From: Candidatus Binatia bacterium
GTDB taxonomy: Bacteria; Desulfobacterota; Binatia; HRBIN30
Length of the DNA stretch: 64,000 bases
NCBI GenBank assembly: GCA_044450645.1
Contig: JBIOJG010000018.1
Location: forward strand, 30,825 to 94,824
Reading direction: 5' to 3'
The notes beneath the pieces are model-generated. The model was not told the origin of the DNA, searched no databases, and saw only the letters and a program-made list of their open reading frames with translations. This document shows positions 8,887 through 19,049 of this stretch, one piece after another. Every line of letters starts with the position of its first letter. Position 1 is the stretch's first letter. Both the position numbers and the translations under genes were made by a program.

Positions 8887-10029
8887 TCACGGTGAGGGCG
8901 TGGGCAACACGAACGGCGCCGGGGTGGGTGTCAACGCCGCAATCTGGCGGAAGTAGTCCTGCACGGTCGTCCACGTCTGCCCGCCGTCGGTGGTGCGGAA
9001 GATGTTGTTCTCGTCAGACGCTGCCCAACCTTGAAGATCATCGACAAACTGCCCATGGCCAATCGACTCAATATTGTCGTAATTGTGCCGCGTCCACGTA
9101 GTTCCATCGTACGTGATGAGGAATGATGTTGTCGGGAATTTGGGCGTGAAAAATATGCCGTCGGGCCTAACTACTTGGCGCTGGCCTATCGGAGGGATGT
9201 GATTGTCCGTACCGAAGATGTAGGCACGAGTGGCTGACACTACCTGGAGATTGACCAGCATATCGCGGTGGTCAATGTGCCCTCCGTCAATGGGAACGCT
9301 TTGCTGTTGCCAGGATGTCCCGCCGTCCGACGAGGCCTGAACCGTGTTAATCACGTCCACGGTCATGCACATCGCTTGGCCAGCGCACTGGAGATCCGAG
9401 GTGTCCCGCGGGGCGCCAGCCATCGCTTGCCAGGTAATCCCGCCATCCCTAGTGCGAATCACGCCGATGTCTGTCTGTGCAATTCCATCTGTTCCAGAGA
9501 ACATCAGCACCCGCTTGACGTCACCAAGCTGCTCCGGGATCAGGTAGCCTGACCAAGTTTGCCCACCGTCTGTAGTCACGGCAACGTGGTTGCCGCCCGC
9601 AGCCCAGCCCCGATTGATATCGAGGAAGAAAACCTGGGAGACAGTTCCGACACGCACTTTGTCGTGTCGCTGAAACTGGGTGCTCATCGTCTGCAGCGTG
9701 TGAAAGCCATCCACAGTCCGGTACAAAGCGAAATCGGCAGTTCTCACGTAGAGCCAGGCAGCATTGTCATCGAGAAAGAAGGACTGTTCGATCCGCCCGC
9801 CCGGAGTGGCGCGCAGTTCCCAATGTTGCCCTGCATCGGCAGTATGCAACACCTCATGAGTTGTTAGGACGTATCCGGCAGTTGGGCTAGCGAAGAACAA
9901 ACCCCAGTACTGCCTTTCAAGTGAGCCACTTAAGGGTGCTAGATCAATGGTTTGTGCCCATGACATTTGGCGTGGGCCAATTGACATCATATAGATGACC
10001 ATCGACAGTCCAATACGTCTCATTGACAT
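8887..10029 (-). CDS. Secreted Ycf48/BNR (Asp-box) beta-propeller protein
   Basis: Repeats 'TADAGQHW', 'TTDGGQTW', 'TRDGGITW', 'SSDGGTSW', 'TTDGGQTW'; N-terminal signal; overlaps stop of giant gene. Confidence 0.85.
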   Translation of the reverse strand: MSMRRIGLSMVIYMMSIGPRQMSWAQTIDLAPLSGSLERQYWGLFFASPTAGYVLTTHEVLHTADAGQHWELRATPGGRIEQSFFLDDNAAWLYVRTADFALYRTVDGFHTLQTMSTQFQRHDKVRVGTVSQVFFLDINRGWAAGGNHVAVTTDGGQTWSGYLIPEQLGDVKRVLMFSGTDGIAQTDIGVIRTRDGGITWQAMAGAPRDTSDLQCAGQAMCMTVDVINTVQASSDGGTSWQQQSVPIDGGHIDHRDMLVNLQVVSATRAYIFGTDNHIPPIGQRQVVRPDGIFFTPKFPTTSFLITYDGTTWTRHNYDNIESIGHGQFVDDLQGWAASDENNIFRTTDGGQTWTTVQDYFRQIAALTPTPAPFVLPTPSP

Positions 10030-13000
10030 GTAAATGTGCCTCCTCCCGATGAGAAGCCGCTATCAAAGCTGTTCACCCAGGGCCCGCCGCTCGGGGATTC
10101 CCACCGGTCAAACAGGAGCTGCTGGCTTATTTCTGAAGCCACCTCCTTTGCCTTCGTCGTCTGTCGGAGGTGATCATAGCCTCCGATGACCGAACGCGCG
10201 GCGTCGTCCGTGCCATACAGAGCACTCCCTTCTGGCACCACGCCATCTGACGTGGCTGGGCCGAAGCCAGGGCAATATCCAGCGACGCCGCTTATCGCAT
10301 TAAACAGCTGCAATACGACCTCGGTGAGGGCCCCGGTTGCCTCGGTGGCGATCGCATGAACGAGAAGCGGCCCCGGGACAGCCGTGTCGAGCGCTTGCGT
10401 GGCTCCGCTCCCAATCGATAGATCCATTATTGCCGTTCCGACGTCGTTGGCTGCGGTGGCGGCCTTCCCGCCGCTTAGAGATTTCATGATCAGCTGCACG
10501 GCAACCGCGGCCAGATACTCGGTCCTTGCAGGAGGGTATACCAGGTCCAACGGTGACGGTTGCGGCGGTATTCCAAAATTCAGACGATCGAGTTGCATCC
10601 CTCGCCGTAACAACCAGTTGGCTGCCGGGCTGCCGCCGAAGGGGGAACCGATAGCCACAAGGGCGCGTACGTCGCCCTCACCGAAATTATCGGGTCTTTG
10701 ATACTGCTCCCCAGAACTCCGTCTTGTATCGAGGAACGGGAAGTTTTGCCCGTTCGTTGTCCCGGCCGCATCAGTGACGAATCGTGAGCTGCTCGGCCGC
10801 AGCGATTCGCTGGCAAGCCAGCGAATCGCCACACCGCCCATGCTGTGCGCCACCACGTCGACTTTTGTCGCAGCAATACCATCCTTGCGTAGCCTATCAA
10901 GTACGTCTAGCACTCCCTGGGCCTCCACTGGCGCTGAGGGGAGCCTTCGTCGCACCGCGCGCGAGATTCGGTCGTACCCGGAAGTATTGAGATCGGCGTA
11001 GTCCACAATGACCCGCTCAAACTGAAAGGGTTGGAAATATGCGAGGAAATATGGCGTCCAGGTCTCAGGCCCGCTATCGCCAAACAGTCCGTGAACGAAT
11101 ACTACCGGAGGTCGCACCAAGGATACGTTCGACGAAAACCCCTCCTCTCCGACGGGCTGCACTGTGAAACGGAGCGGTAGTTGACGGCCGGCTTCTTGAG
11201 GTTTGGCCACCCATGGAAATGATGTGGGCGGTGTGAATACGGCAACGAACACATGCGTGCCATCAGCGGCTTTTATGAAGTCGGTAACCAGACTCAGTGC
11301 CGGGCTATCCACAGCAGGGCTGTTCAACCCCGTGAGCGAGAGCGACCCAAATGGGTAGTCCACATCGGAGATAAAGTGACTGCCGACTGGACTTGGCTCC
11401 TTCGCTTGGTTGACCTCGGCTTTGAAGACCATCTTGGCATGTGGGTCTTTCTGCGGAACCTTGAGGCGCAAGACGAGCCGACTCGATCCATCAGCGAGCG
11501 CGCCGGTCATATCGTCTCGCGCCACGATTTTCTCGGCGTACGCCTTCCGGAGATCGGCCGCGGAACCGCCATTCTTGAAGCTTGCGATCTCCGCCGCAAA
11601 CTCCCGCGCGTCGATCACCTGCAGCTCTGCCAACTTCGCCGGGTTGCGCTCCAGCGTGCTGATCTTGCCGCTCGCCTTAAGCAGCTGCATCGTGGCGCCC
11701 GCCTGGCGCTCGGAAATCGGTGTGTCCGCCGGATCGATCGGCAGAACGTCCTGTCCGCTCGTCGCTTGCCGCAACGCCTCCGGCGTCAATCCCAGCGGCA
11801 TGCCGTCGTAGAAGAGCGCGTCTTGCTGCGATGCGGCCTCACGGGTGCTCATCGACACCATGGTGAAGGCCGTCGGCCCTGAGGGCGGCGTGGCGTCGAC
11901 GATTGTGCCGGCGTCCGGTGTCATGCCGCGCGCCATGTGCACCGAGGCGCTCACGATGCTTTGCGGGTCGACGCCGATGACATCGACCCGTCCGAACGTT
12001 TCCTTCGGCAACTGATCAAACGTCTCCTCGCCTCGCAGTACTTGCTCCAGGTCTTCGGCCTCCGGCTCAGTGAAGAGAAGCTTTTCGTTCTCGCCACTTC
12101 CCCCTGTCGACGAACCGGCCTGCTGCCCGTGTTGGCCGGCGATAAAGCGTATATCCACCGCCGTCAACGCCGCGCGATCCTCAACAGGCGCCATCGGCAC
12201 GCCGGTCGGCGGGCTCCACCGGTACAGCACCACAATGTCGCGGTCGGCCTGGCTCGGTGCCAGCGCTTCAACCCAGATCGTGGTCGGCGGTCGTTGGCCC
12301 GTGTCCAAGTCGAAGGTGGCTGGACTCGCCACGGCATCGCCCTTTTCAGGACTCAGCCACAGCTTGGCATGATCGCTGCCGCTCTCGATCGCGATCGTCA
12401 CCGTGCCCTGTGACATCGGCGTGGAGACGTCGATGCGCCGTAGATCATGCTCACCCTTGACCAACCCGGTCTTGTTGAGATCGAGAATCGGTGCGCCGGC
12501 CGCATCCACTGCGCCATCGTCGTTGTCATCATTCACCAGCACGAAGGTGCCGTCGCTTGCCTTCAATGCATCCGGCACGATCTCGATGTTGTTGGTGTCG
12601 TACAACGTCAGCCCGGCCACTGTGGGCGCCACCTGGACCAGGTATACACCACCTGTCCCTGCCGCTACCGCGACAATCTGCCGGCCCGCCATATCCACAT
12701 ATCGAGCCACACGCGCGGTGCGATTGCCGTCAAGATCAACGGTGCCCAGGACGCGATCGTCGATGCCGTCACCGTCATCATCCACACTCCCACCGGCAAC
12801 GGCCAAGTCGATCACCGTCAGCCCCGCCGTACCGTCCGCCACATACAGGAGTTGAGTGCTCGGGTCACCCACCGAGCCACGCGAAATCCGCCCGGGCGTG
12901 CGGAGCACCCCAGCTCCGTTCGGCAGAAGCAATGGATCGAACCCACTAACCGACACGGGAACAACGCATACCCCGATCCCCTCACACATGACCACCGCCA

Positions 13001-16000
13001 GATCACGCCGCTCCATCGTGCTGGTCCGCTGCCCTTGTGCGTCGACGCCGTCGATCCGCGTCGGCCAGTCCGCAAGCCCAGTCACAGCCAGTAGTCGACC
13101 ACCTCCCGGCAGGAGGTAGGTTCCCGTCACATTCGTCAGATTCGGATAGGCCAACACCAGCGTATTGGCGGCGCCATCTTGCCGCACCGCCAAAATGTTG
13201 TTCTTCAGAATGGTCACGGCGCGGTAGAGGCCGGTGAGCGTGCCATCGACCTGCGGCCCAACCAAATCGCCCGCGTCCATCTGCTGCACCACCACTGCCT
13301 GGAGCCCTATGTTCGGGGCGTTGGCGATGTAGGCTATCTGCGTGTCTACCGCCGCCACACCCTCGGGAATGCCACGGTCGTTGGGAATGAACTTCAGAAA
13401 GTCGGGCGGCGGCCCCTGCGTCGGATCGCGGAGATTGAACAGGTCCCAACTCTCCGCCGATTGGTTGATCAAACGGCTCGCCACTTCGGTGATGGTGGGG
13501 AAGTGTTCCAAGTCGAGCAGCCGCCACACGCCGAACCGGTCGGCCCCGCCCGGACCGTCGATGCTCATGATGAACGGGCCGGCGAAGGTTGCGGCGTGCT
13601 GGCCGGTGGTCGTCACCGGCGGTCCCGGGACGAACACCAGCGCTCGATCGACACCAGCCGTCGCCCGGGAGGCGATGACCGGAGGGGACGAGGACAGACC
13701 TGTCCTGAGCTCGGCCGAAGGGTCGCTGACGTCGTAGACATTGATCCCACCGGCAAAGTCTGCCCGCAGTCCATCGCCCTCGGCGACAGCGAGCAGTCGC
13801 TTTCCCGGTGGAAGATGGACCGTCACTGGATCCACGACGACCACATCGCGCGCATCGACGCCCGTGATGTGCCCAATGACGCGCGGCTGGAACACCGTGA
13901 AGCCGCCCGTAACCGCGCCAGGCAGCTGATTGCCGTCTCTGTCCAAGATGCCCTGGACCGAGAGCCGATATTGCGCGCCGAAGTGCAGCCGTGTGTCGGG
14001 CACGAACGTGACAACGCGGCCATCGGCGGACAACCGGAGGGTGCCTTTCACGGAACGGCCGTGCCCATCGACCAACTGCACCGTGGCCGGGTTGAGCGAG
14101 TTGGGATCGAGCGGCTTGCTGAAGGTCACGCCGAGCCAGGCGGAAGGATCCACTTTCTGCGTTCCCTCGGGTACCGACATACCCTCGACATGCGGCGGCT
14201 CCGTGGTATCCGTGAGTCGTCGCGGCAACTCCACCACCTGCCCCTGTCCCGGCATGTTCACCGTTTGCGCCGTAATCGGCCGGTCGTCGAAGGTCTGTAG
14301 CTTGACGTCCACCGCCCGGTTACACGGCAGCGGCACCGCGAAGCGCACAGGAGTGCTCACCTGCACGGGGAACGGCAGCAGGGCGCCGAGTGCGCCGCCT
14401 GGGACGTAGCCGTTGTTGAACTGGTCGCCGATGCTGATCCAACCGGTGGCGTAGGCGAGACAGTCCTTCGTTCGATGCACGCCGAACGTCCCGCCGAGGG
14501 TGAGACCAGGAAACACTCCGGGGTCTGTAACGACGAGACACTTGCTCGGGTCGGCTGTGCAGCTGGCGGCGTCGAACGATGCCGTATCCACCATCGTCTG
14601 CTCATCGATCCCGCGGAAGTTGATGACCTGGGTCGCGATATACTGATCGCTGGCGGCCGCATCCGCCGGCGCCGGGACCGACACGTCCAGATTTCGCTGC
14701 GCCGTCCCCACGAAGTCGAGCCGCACCGCACCGACCAGTTCGATCAGGCTTTGATCAAGGCTCGTAAGGACCGGATAATCCGCCACGTTCAACCCCACCC
14801 CGTTGGCCGTGATCGGCGTGATCTGCACGATGGTGGGCTGAGTGAAGGCGCCATCAGGGATCAAGGCTTGGTAGCGTGGATCGTACGGGTACGTCACCAC
14901 GCCTCCCGTGGTATCGATCACAGTGGCACCGGTGCGTTCGTCACGCATATTGCCGGTGTCGAGCGTGACCGTGTTGTGCAGGACATCTTGGACTTGCACC
15001 TGCACTTTGTCGCCGACGGCCGCGTCGATCACCGTGCAGAAACTGCCGGGCGCACTCGTGTCGCAGCGGCCGGGGAACAAGGCGTCGCAGACATCGCTGC
15101 CGCTCACTCCGCTGGGGTCCGTCGCGCTGGCAGTGTAGGTCACCTGGCCGGTCGCGTTCTGCACCACGACGGCGGTCCCCGGCGCTGCCAAGCTCGCCCC
15201 GCCGCACACGAAGACGCGGCCCTGGTCGTCGGGCAGCGACAGGTGCAGCGTGTTCGGCGGCAGCGCATCGGCCTTGAAGATCGCGGCTGTCGTAAAATCA
15301 CTGACGAAGGCGCCCTCACCCTGACCCTCTTCCAGAGGGCGAGGGGAAAGTGGGTTGCCGTAGAGGTCGGTAACGTCGCTGGTAAGCACGACACGGTAGA
15401 CCGTGTTCGGCGCCAGCGGCGCTGCCGGAGTGAGCAGCAATTGTTTACCGTCGGCGCTGAGCGACGAACGCCCTGAAACGCCGTGAGTCGTGCTCGTGAG
15501 TCGTGAATCGATCTGCAGAAGCTGCACGGAAGCCTCTGTGATCGACGCGGGCGCAATCGGCTCTGAAAACGTGATCGTCATCACGGCGCCGGCAGGCACC
15601 TGGCTGGCGTGGTTGGCCGGATCGATCTGGACGACCTTCGGCAACGTCGGCCGCAGCGCGATATCCGCGAGAACAACTTGAGCGGGCACCGGCGTGACCG
15701 CCGCCGTCCCACTCAGGTCACGCACCTGATCGGAGCACGACACCGTTGAGGTGACACCCGCAGGGACCGGCAACAGGTAGCGGCCGGCGGAATCGGTCAT
15801 GCTGACCACGCCGATCGTGTCGGCTTCGACGACAACGCCTGCGCGCACGCCGCTCCCATCTGTTACCGTGCCCGTTATGATCGCCGCCCCGGACGGCAGC
15901 GCGAACACGGCATAGGTGCCGCTGCCTCCAAGCCCGGCCAGGCAGAGGCTCGCGGCTGCCGAGCACGCATCCAGGTATATGAGACCATTCTGGCTGTGAC

Positions 16001-18671
16001 CGAACCCCGCGAGCACCAACGCCCATCGCTGATCGACCGTGGCCAGCTGCGCAATCACACATTCCAGACCATCCGGCACCGGCAACGCCAGGCTCAACCC
16101 GTAGAAGGCCCTGGCACTCAACACCCCTCCATCAACTTCGAGCGCGAACGCACCGAGCAAATCCGATCGCGTGCCGGCATCCCCTGGCAGTGCCACAGCA
16201 GCAACCGGCCGCAAGCCGACCACCGTCCGCTGTTCCGTCGCACCCGGCGGCACGATCAATCGGAGGCCGCCGTCGCCTCGGATCTCGCCACCAGTTGGCC
16301 CGACCACTTCCGGATGGCCGGCCCCTTGCGGCAGCGTCAGATCGATCGCCACCCTGCCCTGCCGCAGTTCACCCATCCCGAAGGTATCGCTCGGCGTCAG
16401 GTTGAAGTACGCTCCAAGCGATGTGGAAACGTGGGAGGGTGAAAGCGTGGGAGTCAGTTGATAGCCAATGATGTCCTGGGTCGACACGGCGCCGGTGATG
16501 TGCCGGCCGTCCCGCCGTTCGTATTCTTCGCGTAGCTGCACTTCGAGCAGCGTGCCACTCGGCAGTGGCTGTAACAGGCTAACCATTTCCACAAGCACCT
16601 GAGCGCCGGCGCCACTACCAGCCACGATCGCCGCCGGCGCGACGGTGACCAAGGCCGCTCCGGGCGTTGGCAGCACCGGCTCGACCCCGCGGAGCGGCTC
16701 GCCACGCGCAGGCTGTGGCGGTTGTACGGGCAGGCTGTCCGCCACCAGCAGCACCAGCTGCACGCTTGGGGCCATCCCGTCCACTTCGACTTCCAATTGA
16801 TCACCCTTCAGTACAGCTGGCGGCCCGCCCTGCCAACCCCAGGCGGCGTCGTCCCATACCGCCGTTATCACTGGTAGTGATGCTGTCGAGCCCAGGAGCG
16901 CCAACGGGACTCGTACCGCACTTCCGCCTGGCCAGGGTGTCGTCGCCGCCAGCGACAAGTCGATCCCCAACAGCACGCTCCATCCCAGTGGCACTGGGGC
17001 GATCAACCCTTGCGGGCTGAGCACGGTGAGCCGGACGTCCGTTTCGGTGGAAAGGGCACCGGAGGGAATGCTCAACTCGACGGTGCCATTCACGCCCGGC
17101 GCGGCGTACCGCGTCCGCACGATACCGCCCGCATCGTTCACCGCAACAGGTGTCGCCAGTGCCGTGAGGCGCGCATCCTGGAGCCGCAGGGCGGCGATCT
17201 GGTCGGCACCGGCCCGGCGCCGGGCACTCGAATGCCCGCTCTTCTCGAGTTCCAGCAGCACCTCGCCGGCCACTGAGGGCAACCAGAAATAGCGGCCGCG
17301 GGCGTCGGTCGTCGCCACCACCGCCTGGGCGACTACGACCTCCACGCCGGCCAGTGGCTGTGCGGTGCCATCATCCATCACTTGGCCGACCAACACACCA
17401 GGCGGGGTAGAAGGCGTACTGGTTGGCATCAACGTCGGCGTCGAGGACAGGACACACGTTGCGGTTGCCGATGCGGTTGGAATTGGCGTCACCGTACCGG
17501 TTGGCGACGGCAGCAGGGTCGGCGTGCAGCTGGGCACCTCGGTTGCAGTCGCGGCCGGCGTCGGCGGCACCGTCGGGCTCGGCAGCGTGGCGGTAGCCGT
17601 TACCGTAGGGGTCACGGGCTTCGCGGTGCCTGGGGCGACCACGACCCGCCGTGGCCGCCGTTGAAAGCGCTGCGTATGGACGACCCGTAACGTCGCCGTG
17701 TCGATCACAAATACCGCAAGCGACCGCGGGCTCGTAACGATCACCCGCGTGCCGTCGGGCGTGACAGCCAGGTCGTACGGTCGCCCCGGCAGCTCAACAA
17801 TGCCCTGCACGGTTAAGCCGGCGCCTTCCACCACCGTCAGTTTGCTCTTCGTTGGGTCCGTGACATAAATGCGGGCGCCGTCTTCACTGACCGCCAAGGC
17901 ACGCGGATTCGTACCCAGGTGGACCGTGGCACGCTGGTTCCCGTCGGCAATGCTGATGGCAGTCAGCAGGCCCTCCCGCCGGCCGAGCGCATAGAGCGTC
18001 GCGCCGTCGCGGCTCACGGCCAGCGCCACCGGCACGTGACCAATGCTCAGCGTCCGTTCGATGCCGCCGGTCATCGCGTCAATGGCTGCGACACGGCCCG
18101 GATGCCAATCGTATCCGGCAAAGACGATGCGCCCGCCGGGGTCGAGCGCCAAGGCACGCACCCGCCCCGGCATCTTGGTCGCCCAGTCGACCGTGCTCGC
18201 AGCGCCCACGGTAACGGCAACCACCGCACTCGGGTCGGATCGGGACACGTACGCACGGCGCGGTCCGACACCGGCCACCACATGATCTGGCTCGTGCATC
18301 CGCAATTGGTGCGTCTCTCCCGGCGCAACCAGGCTGACGCTTTCGATTCTCGAATCCTCCGCCGCCACCAGCCATTCACCGCTGGTCACAGCCAGGTCGC
18401 GTGGCACGCGGCCCATCGGCACCGCCCCGACAGGCTTGCCGCTGTCGCCGTCGAGCAGCACCACTTCGTCGCTGCCGCTGAAAGACAGCGCGGCCATCCG
18501 TGACAGGTCGATGGTTTCCGCCAGGACCTCACGTCGACCCGCGCCGCCGCCGCACAGCGCCACCAAGAACGCCATCGTCCACACGCGCAGCCGAGCCTGC
18601 CCACGTGCTCCGCTCTCGGCCCGCAGCGATCCTGATCGTCGCTTCGTCCCCGATAGGAATCGTGCCCCCAT
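10020..18671 (-). CDS. Giant (2883 aa) secreted multidomain protein: YVTN propeller, PT linker, carboxypeptidase-regulatory-like, Big_5 Ig-like x2, beta-propeller, C-terminal PGAP1/lipase-type alpha/beta hydrolase
   Basis: YVTN-like 'PRALAVSEDGARIYVT'; Big_5-like 'ITFSEPIAPAS' and 'VTFSKPLDPNS'; hydrolase 'PVVFVHGLFG', 'VVAHSMGG', 'IGSPFGGS', 'SDGVVP', 'YDHL'; start may lie ~100 bp downstream. Confidence 0.85.
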   Translation of the reverse strand: MGARFLSGTKRRSGSLRAESGARGQARLRVWTMAFLVALCGGGAGRREVLAETIDLSRMAALSFSGSDEVVLLDGDSGKPVGAVPMGRVPRDLAVTSGEWLVAAEDSRIESVSLVAPGETHQLRMHEPDHVVAGVGPRRAYVSRSDPSAVVAVTVGAASTVDWATKMPGRVRALALDPGGRIVFAGYDWHPGRVAAIDAMTGGIERTLSIGHVPVALAVSRDGATLYALGRREGLLTAISIADGNQRATVHLGTNPRALAVSEDGARIYVTDPTKSKLTVVEGAGLTVQGIVELPGRPYDLAVTPDGTRVIVTSPRSLAVFVIDTATLRVVHTQRFQRRPRRVVVAPGTAKPVTPTVTATATLPSPTVPPTPAATATEVPSCTPTLLPSPTGTVTPIPTASATATCVLSSTPTLMPTSTPSTPPGVLVGQVMDDGTAQPLAGVEVVVAQAVVATTDARGRYFWLPSVAGEVLLELEKSGHSSARRRAGADQIAALRLQDARLTALATPVAVNDAGGIVRTRYAAPGVNGTVELSIPSGALSTETDVRLTVLSPQGLIAPVPLGWSVLLGIDLSLAATTPWPGGSAVRVPLALLGSTASLPVITAVWDDAAWGWQGGPPAVLKGDQLEVEVDGMAPSVQLVLLVADSLPVQPPQPARGEPLRGVEPVLPTPGAALVTVAPAAIVAGSGAGAQVLVEMVSLLQPLPSGTLLEVQLREEYERRDGRHITGAVSTQDIIGYQLTPTLSPSHVSTSLGAYFNLTPSDTFGMGELRQGRVAIDLTLPQGAGHPEVVGPTGGEIRGDGGLRLIVPPGATEQRTVVGLRPVAAVALPGDAGTRSDLLGAFALEVDGGVLSARAFYGLSLALPVPDGLECVIAQLATVDQRWALVLAGFGHSQNGLIYLDACSAAASLCLAGLGGSGTYAVFALPSGAAIITGTVTDGSGVRAGVVVEADTIGVVSMTDSAGRYLLPVPAGVTSTVSCSDQVRDLSGTAAVTPVPAQVVLADIALRPTLPKVVQIDPANHASQVPAGAVMTITFSEPIAPASITEASVQLLQIDSRLTSTTHGVSGRSSLSADGKQLLLTPAAPLAPNTVYRVVLTSDVTDLYGNPLSPRPLEEGQGEGAFVSDFTTAAIFKADALPPNTLHLSLPDDQGRVFVCGGASLAAPGTAVVVQNATGQVTYTASATDPSGVSGSDVCDALFPGRCDTSAPGSFCTVIDAAVGDKVQVQVQDVLHNTVTLDTGNMRDERTGATVIDTTGGVVTYPYDPRYQALIPDGAFTQPTIVQITPITANGVGLNVADYPVLTSLDQSLIELVGAVRLDFVGTAQRNLDVSVPAPADAAASDQYIATQVINFRGIDEQTMVDTASFDAASCTADPSKCLVVTDPGVFPGLTLGGTFGVHRTKDCLAYATGWISIGDQFNNGYVPGGALGALLPFPVQVSTPVRFAVPLPCNRAVDVKLQTFDDRPITAQTVNMPGQGQVVELPRRLTDTTEPPHVEGMSVPEGTQKVDPSAWLGVTFSKPLDPNSLNPATVQLVDGHGRSVKGTLRLSADGRVVTFVPDTRLHFGAQYRLSVQGILDRDGNQLPGAVTGGFTVFQPRVIGHITGVDARDVVVVDPVTVHLPPGKRLLAVAEGDGLRADFAGGINVYDVSDPSAELRTGLSSSPPVIASRATAGVDRALVFVPGPPVTTTGQHAATFAGPFIMSIDGPGGADRFGVWRLLDLEHFPTITEVASRLINQSAESWDLFNLRDPTQGPPPDFLKFIPNDRGIPEGVAAVDTQIAYIANAPNIGLQAVVVQQMDAGDLVGPQVDGTLTGLYRAVTILKNNILAVRQDGAANTLVLAYPNLTNVTGTYLLPGGGRLLAVTGLADWPTRIDGVDAQGQRTSTMERRDLAVVMCEGIGVCVVPVSVSGFDPLLLPNGAGVLRTPGRISRGSVGDPSTQLLYVADGTAGLTVIDLAVAGGSVDDDGDGIDDRVLGTVDLDGNRTARVARYVDMAGRQIVAVAAGTGGVYLVQVAPTVAGLTLYDTNNIEIVPDALKASDGTFVLVNDDNDDGAVDAAGAPILDLNKTGLVKGEHDLRRIDVSTPMSQGTVTIAIESGSDHAKLWLSPEKGDAVASPATFDLDTGQRPPTTIWVEALAPSQADRDIVVLYRWSPPTGVPMAPVEDRAALTAVDIRFIAGQHGQQAGSSTGGSGENEKLLFTEPEAEDLEQVLRGEETFDQLPKETFGRVDVIGVDPQSIVSASVHMARGMTPDAGTIVDATPPSGPTAFTMVSMSTREAASQQDALFYDGMPLGLTPEALRQATSGQDVLPIDPADTPISERQAGATMQLLKASGKISTLERNPAKLAELQVIDAREFAAEIASFKNGGSAADLRKAYAEKIVARDDMTGALADGSSRLVLRLKVPQKDPHAKMVFKAEVNQAKEPSPVGSHFISDVDYPFGSLSLTGLNSPAVDSPALSLVTDFIKAADGTHVFVAVFTPPTSFPWVAKPQEAGRQLPLRFTVQPVGEEGFSSNVSLVRPPVVFVHGLFGDSGPETWTPYFLAYFQPFQFERVIVDYADLNTSGYDRISRAVRRRLPSAPVEAQGVLDVLDRLRKDGIAATKVDVVAHSMGGVAIRWLASESLRPSSSRFVTDAAGTTNGQNFPFLDTRRSSGEQYQRPDNFGEGDVRALVAIGSPFGGSPAANWLLRRGMQLDRLNFGIPPQPSPLDLVYPPARTEYLAAVAVQLIMKSLSGGKAATAANDVGTAIMDLSIGSGATQALDTAVPGPLLVHAIATEATGALTEVVLQLFNAISGVAGYCPGFGPATSDGVVPEGSALYGTDDAARSVIGGYDHLRQTTKAKEVASEISQQLLFDRWESPSGGPWVNSFDSGFSSGGGTFTCQ
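13699..13722. repeat. REP-like element in frame within giant gene
   Basis: CCTGTCCTGAGCTCGGCCGAAGGG, related to the CCCTTCGAC..CTCAGG repeats at 46639 and 57143; encodes PSAELRTG. Confidence 0.55.
15313..15346. repeat. REP-like CCCTCACCC..CCCTCT..GAGGG element in frame within giant gene
   Basis: CCCTCACCCTGACCCTCTTCCAGAGGGCGAGGGG encodes PLSPRPLEEGQGEG; related to 46739-46761. Confidence 0.6.
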
Positions 18672-19049
18672 GCGCCCCCTGCTGTCGGCTCCGCCGTGAG
18701 TCTCCGCCTCTCGGGCCAGCGGGCCGGCACTACGATAGCCGTCCTGCTACTCTACTTATGTAGGTCTGTCAACTAGTGTATCTGTAGTATTATTAACCTG
18801 TTATTTATTAGCGGTACCTCACCACCGGGCACCACCCGTGCATTTCTCACGGCCGTCCGGAACCTCACGTGGGGGGGACAAACGCACGCTAGTCGCCCTG
18901 CAACATGGTTGTGGCTTATCCTACCGTTGCGCGTTAGATTGTCGACGCACACATGTCGTGTTTGCAATTCGTGACCGCGGCAGAGTACGCTGGGCTTGGT
19001 CCTGGCTTTGGTTTACGGGACCGGGTTTCGATGAGGAGGACAGACGGTA

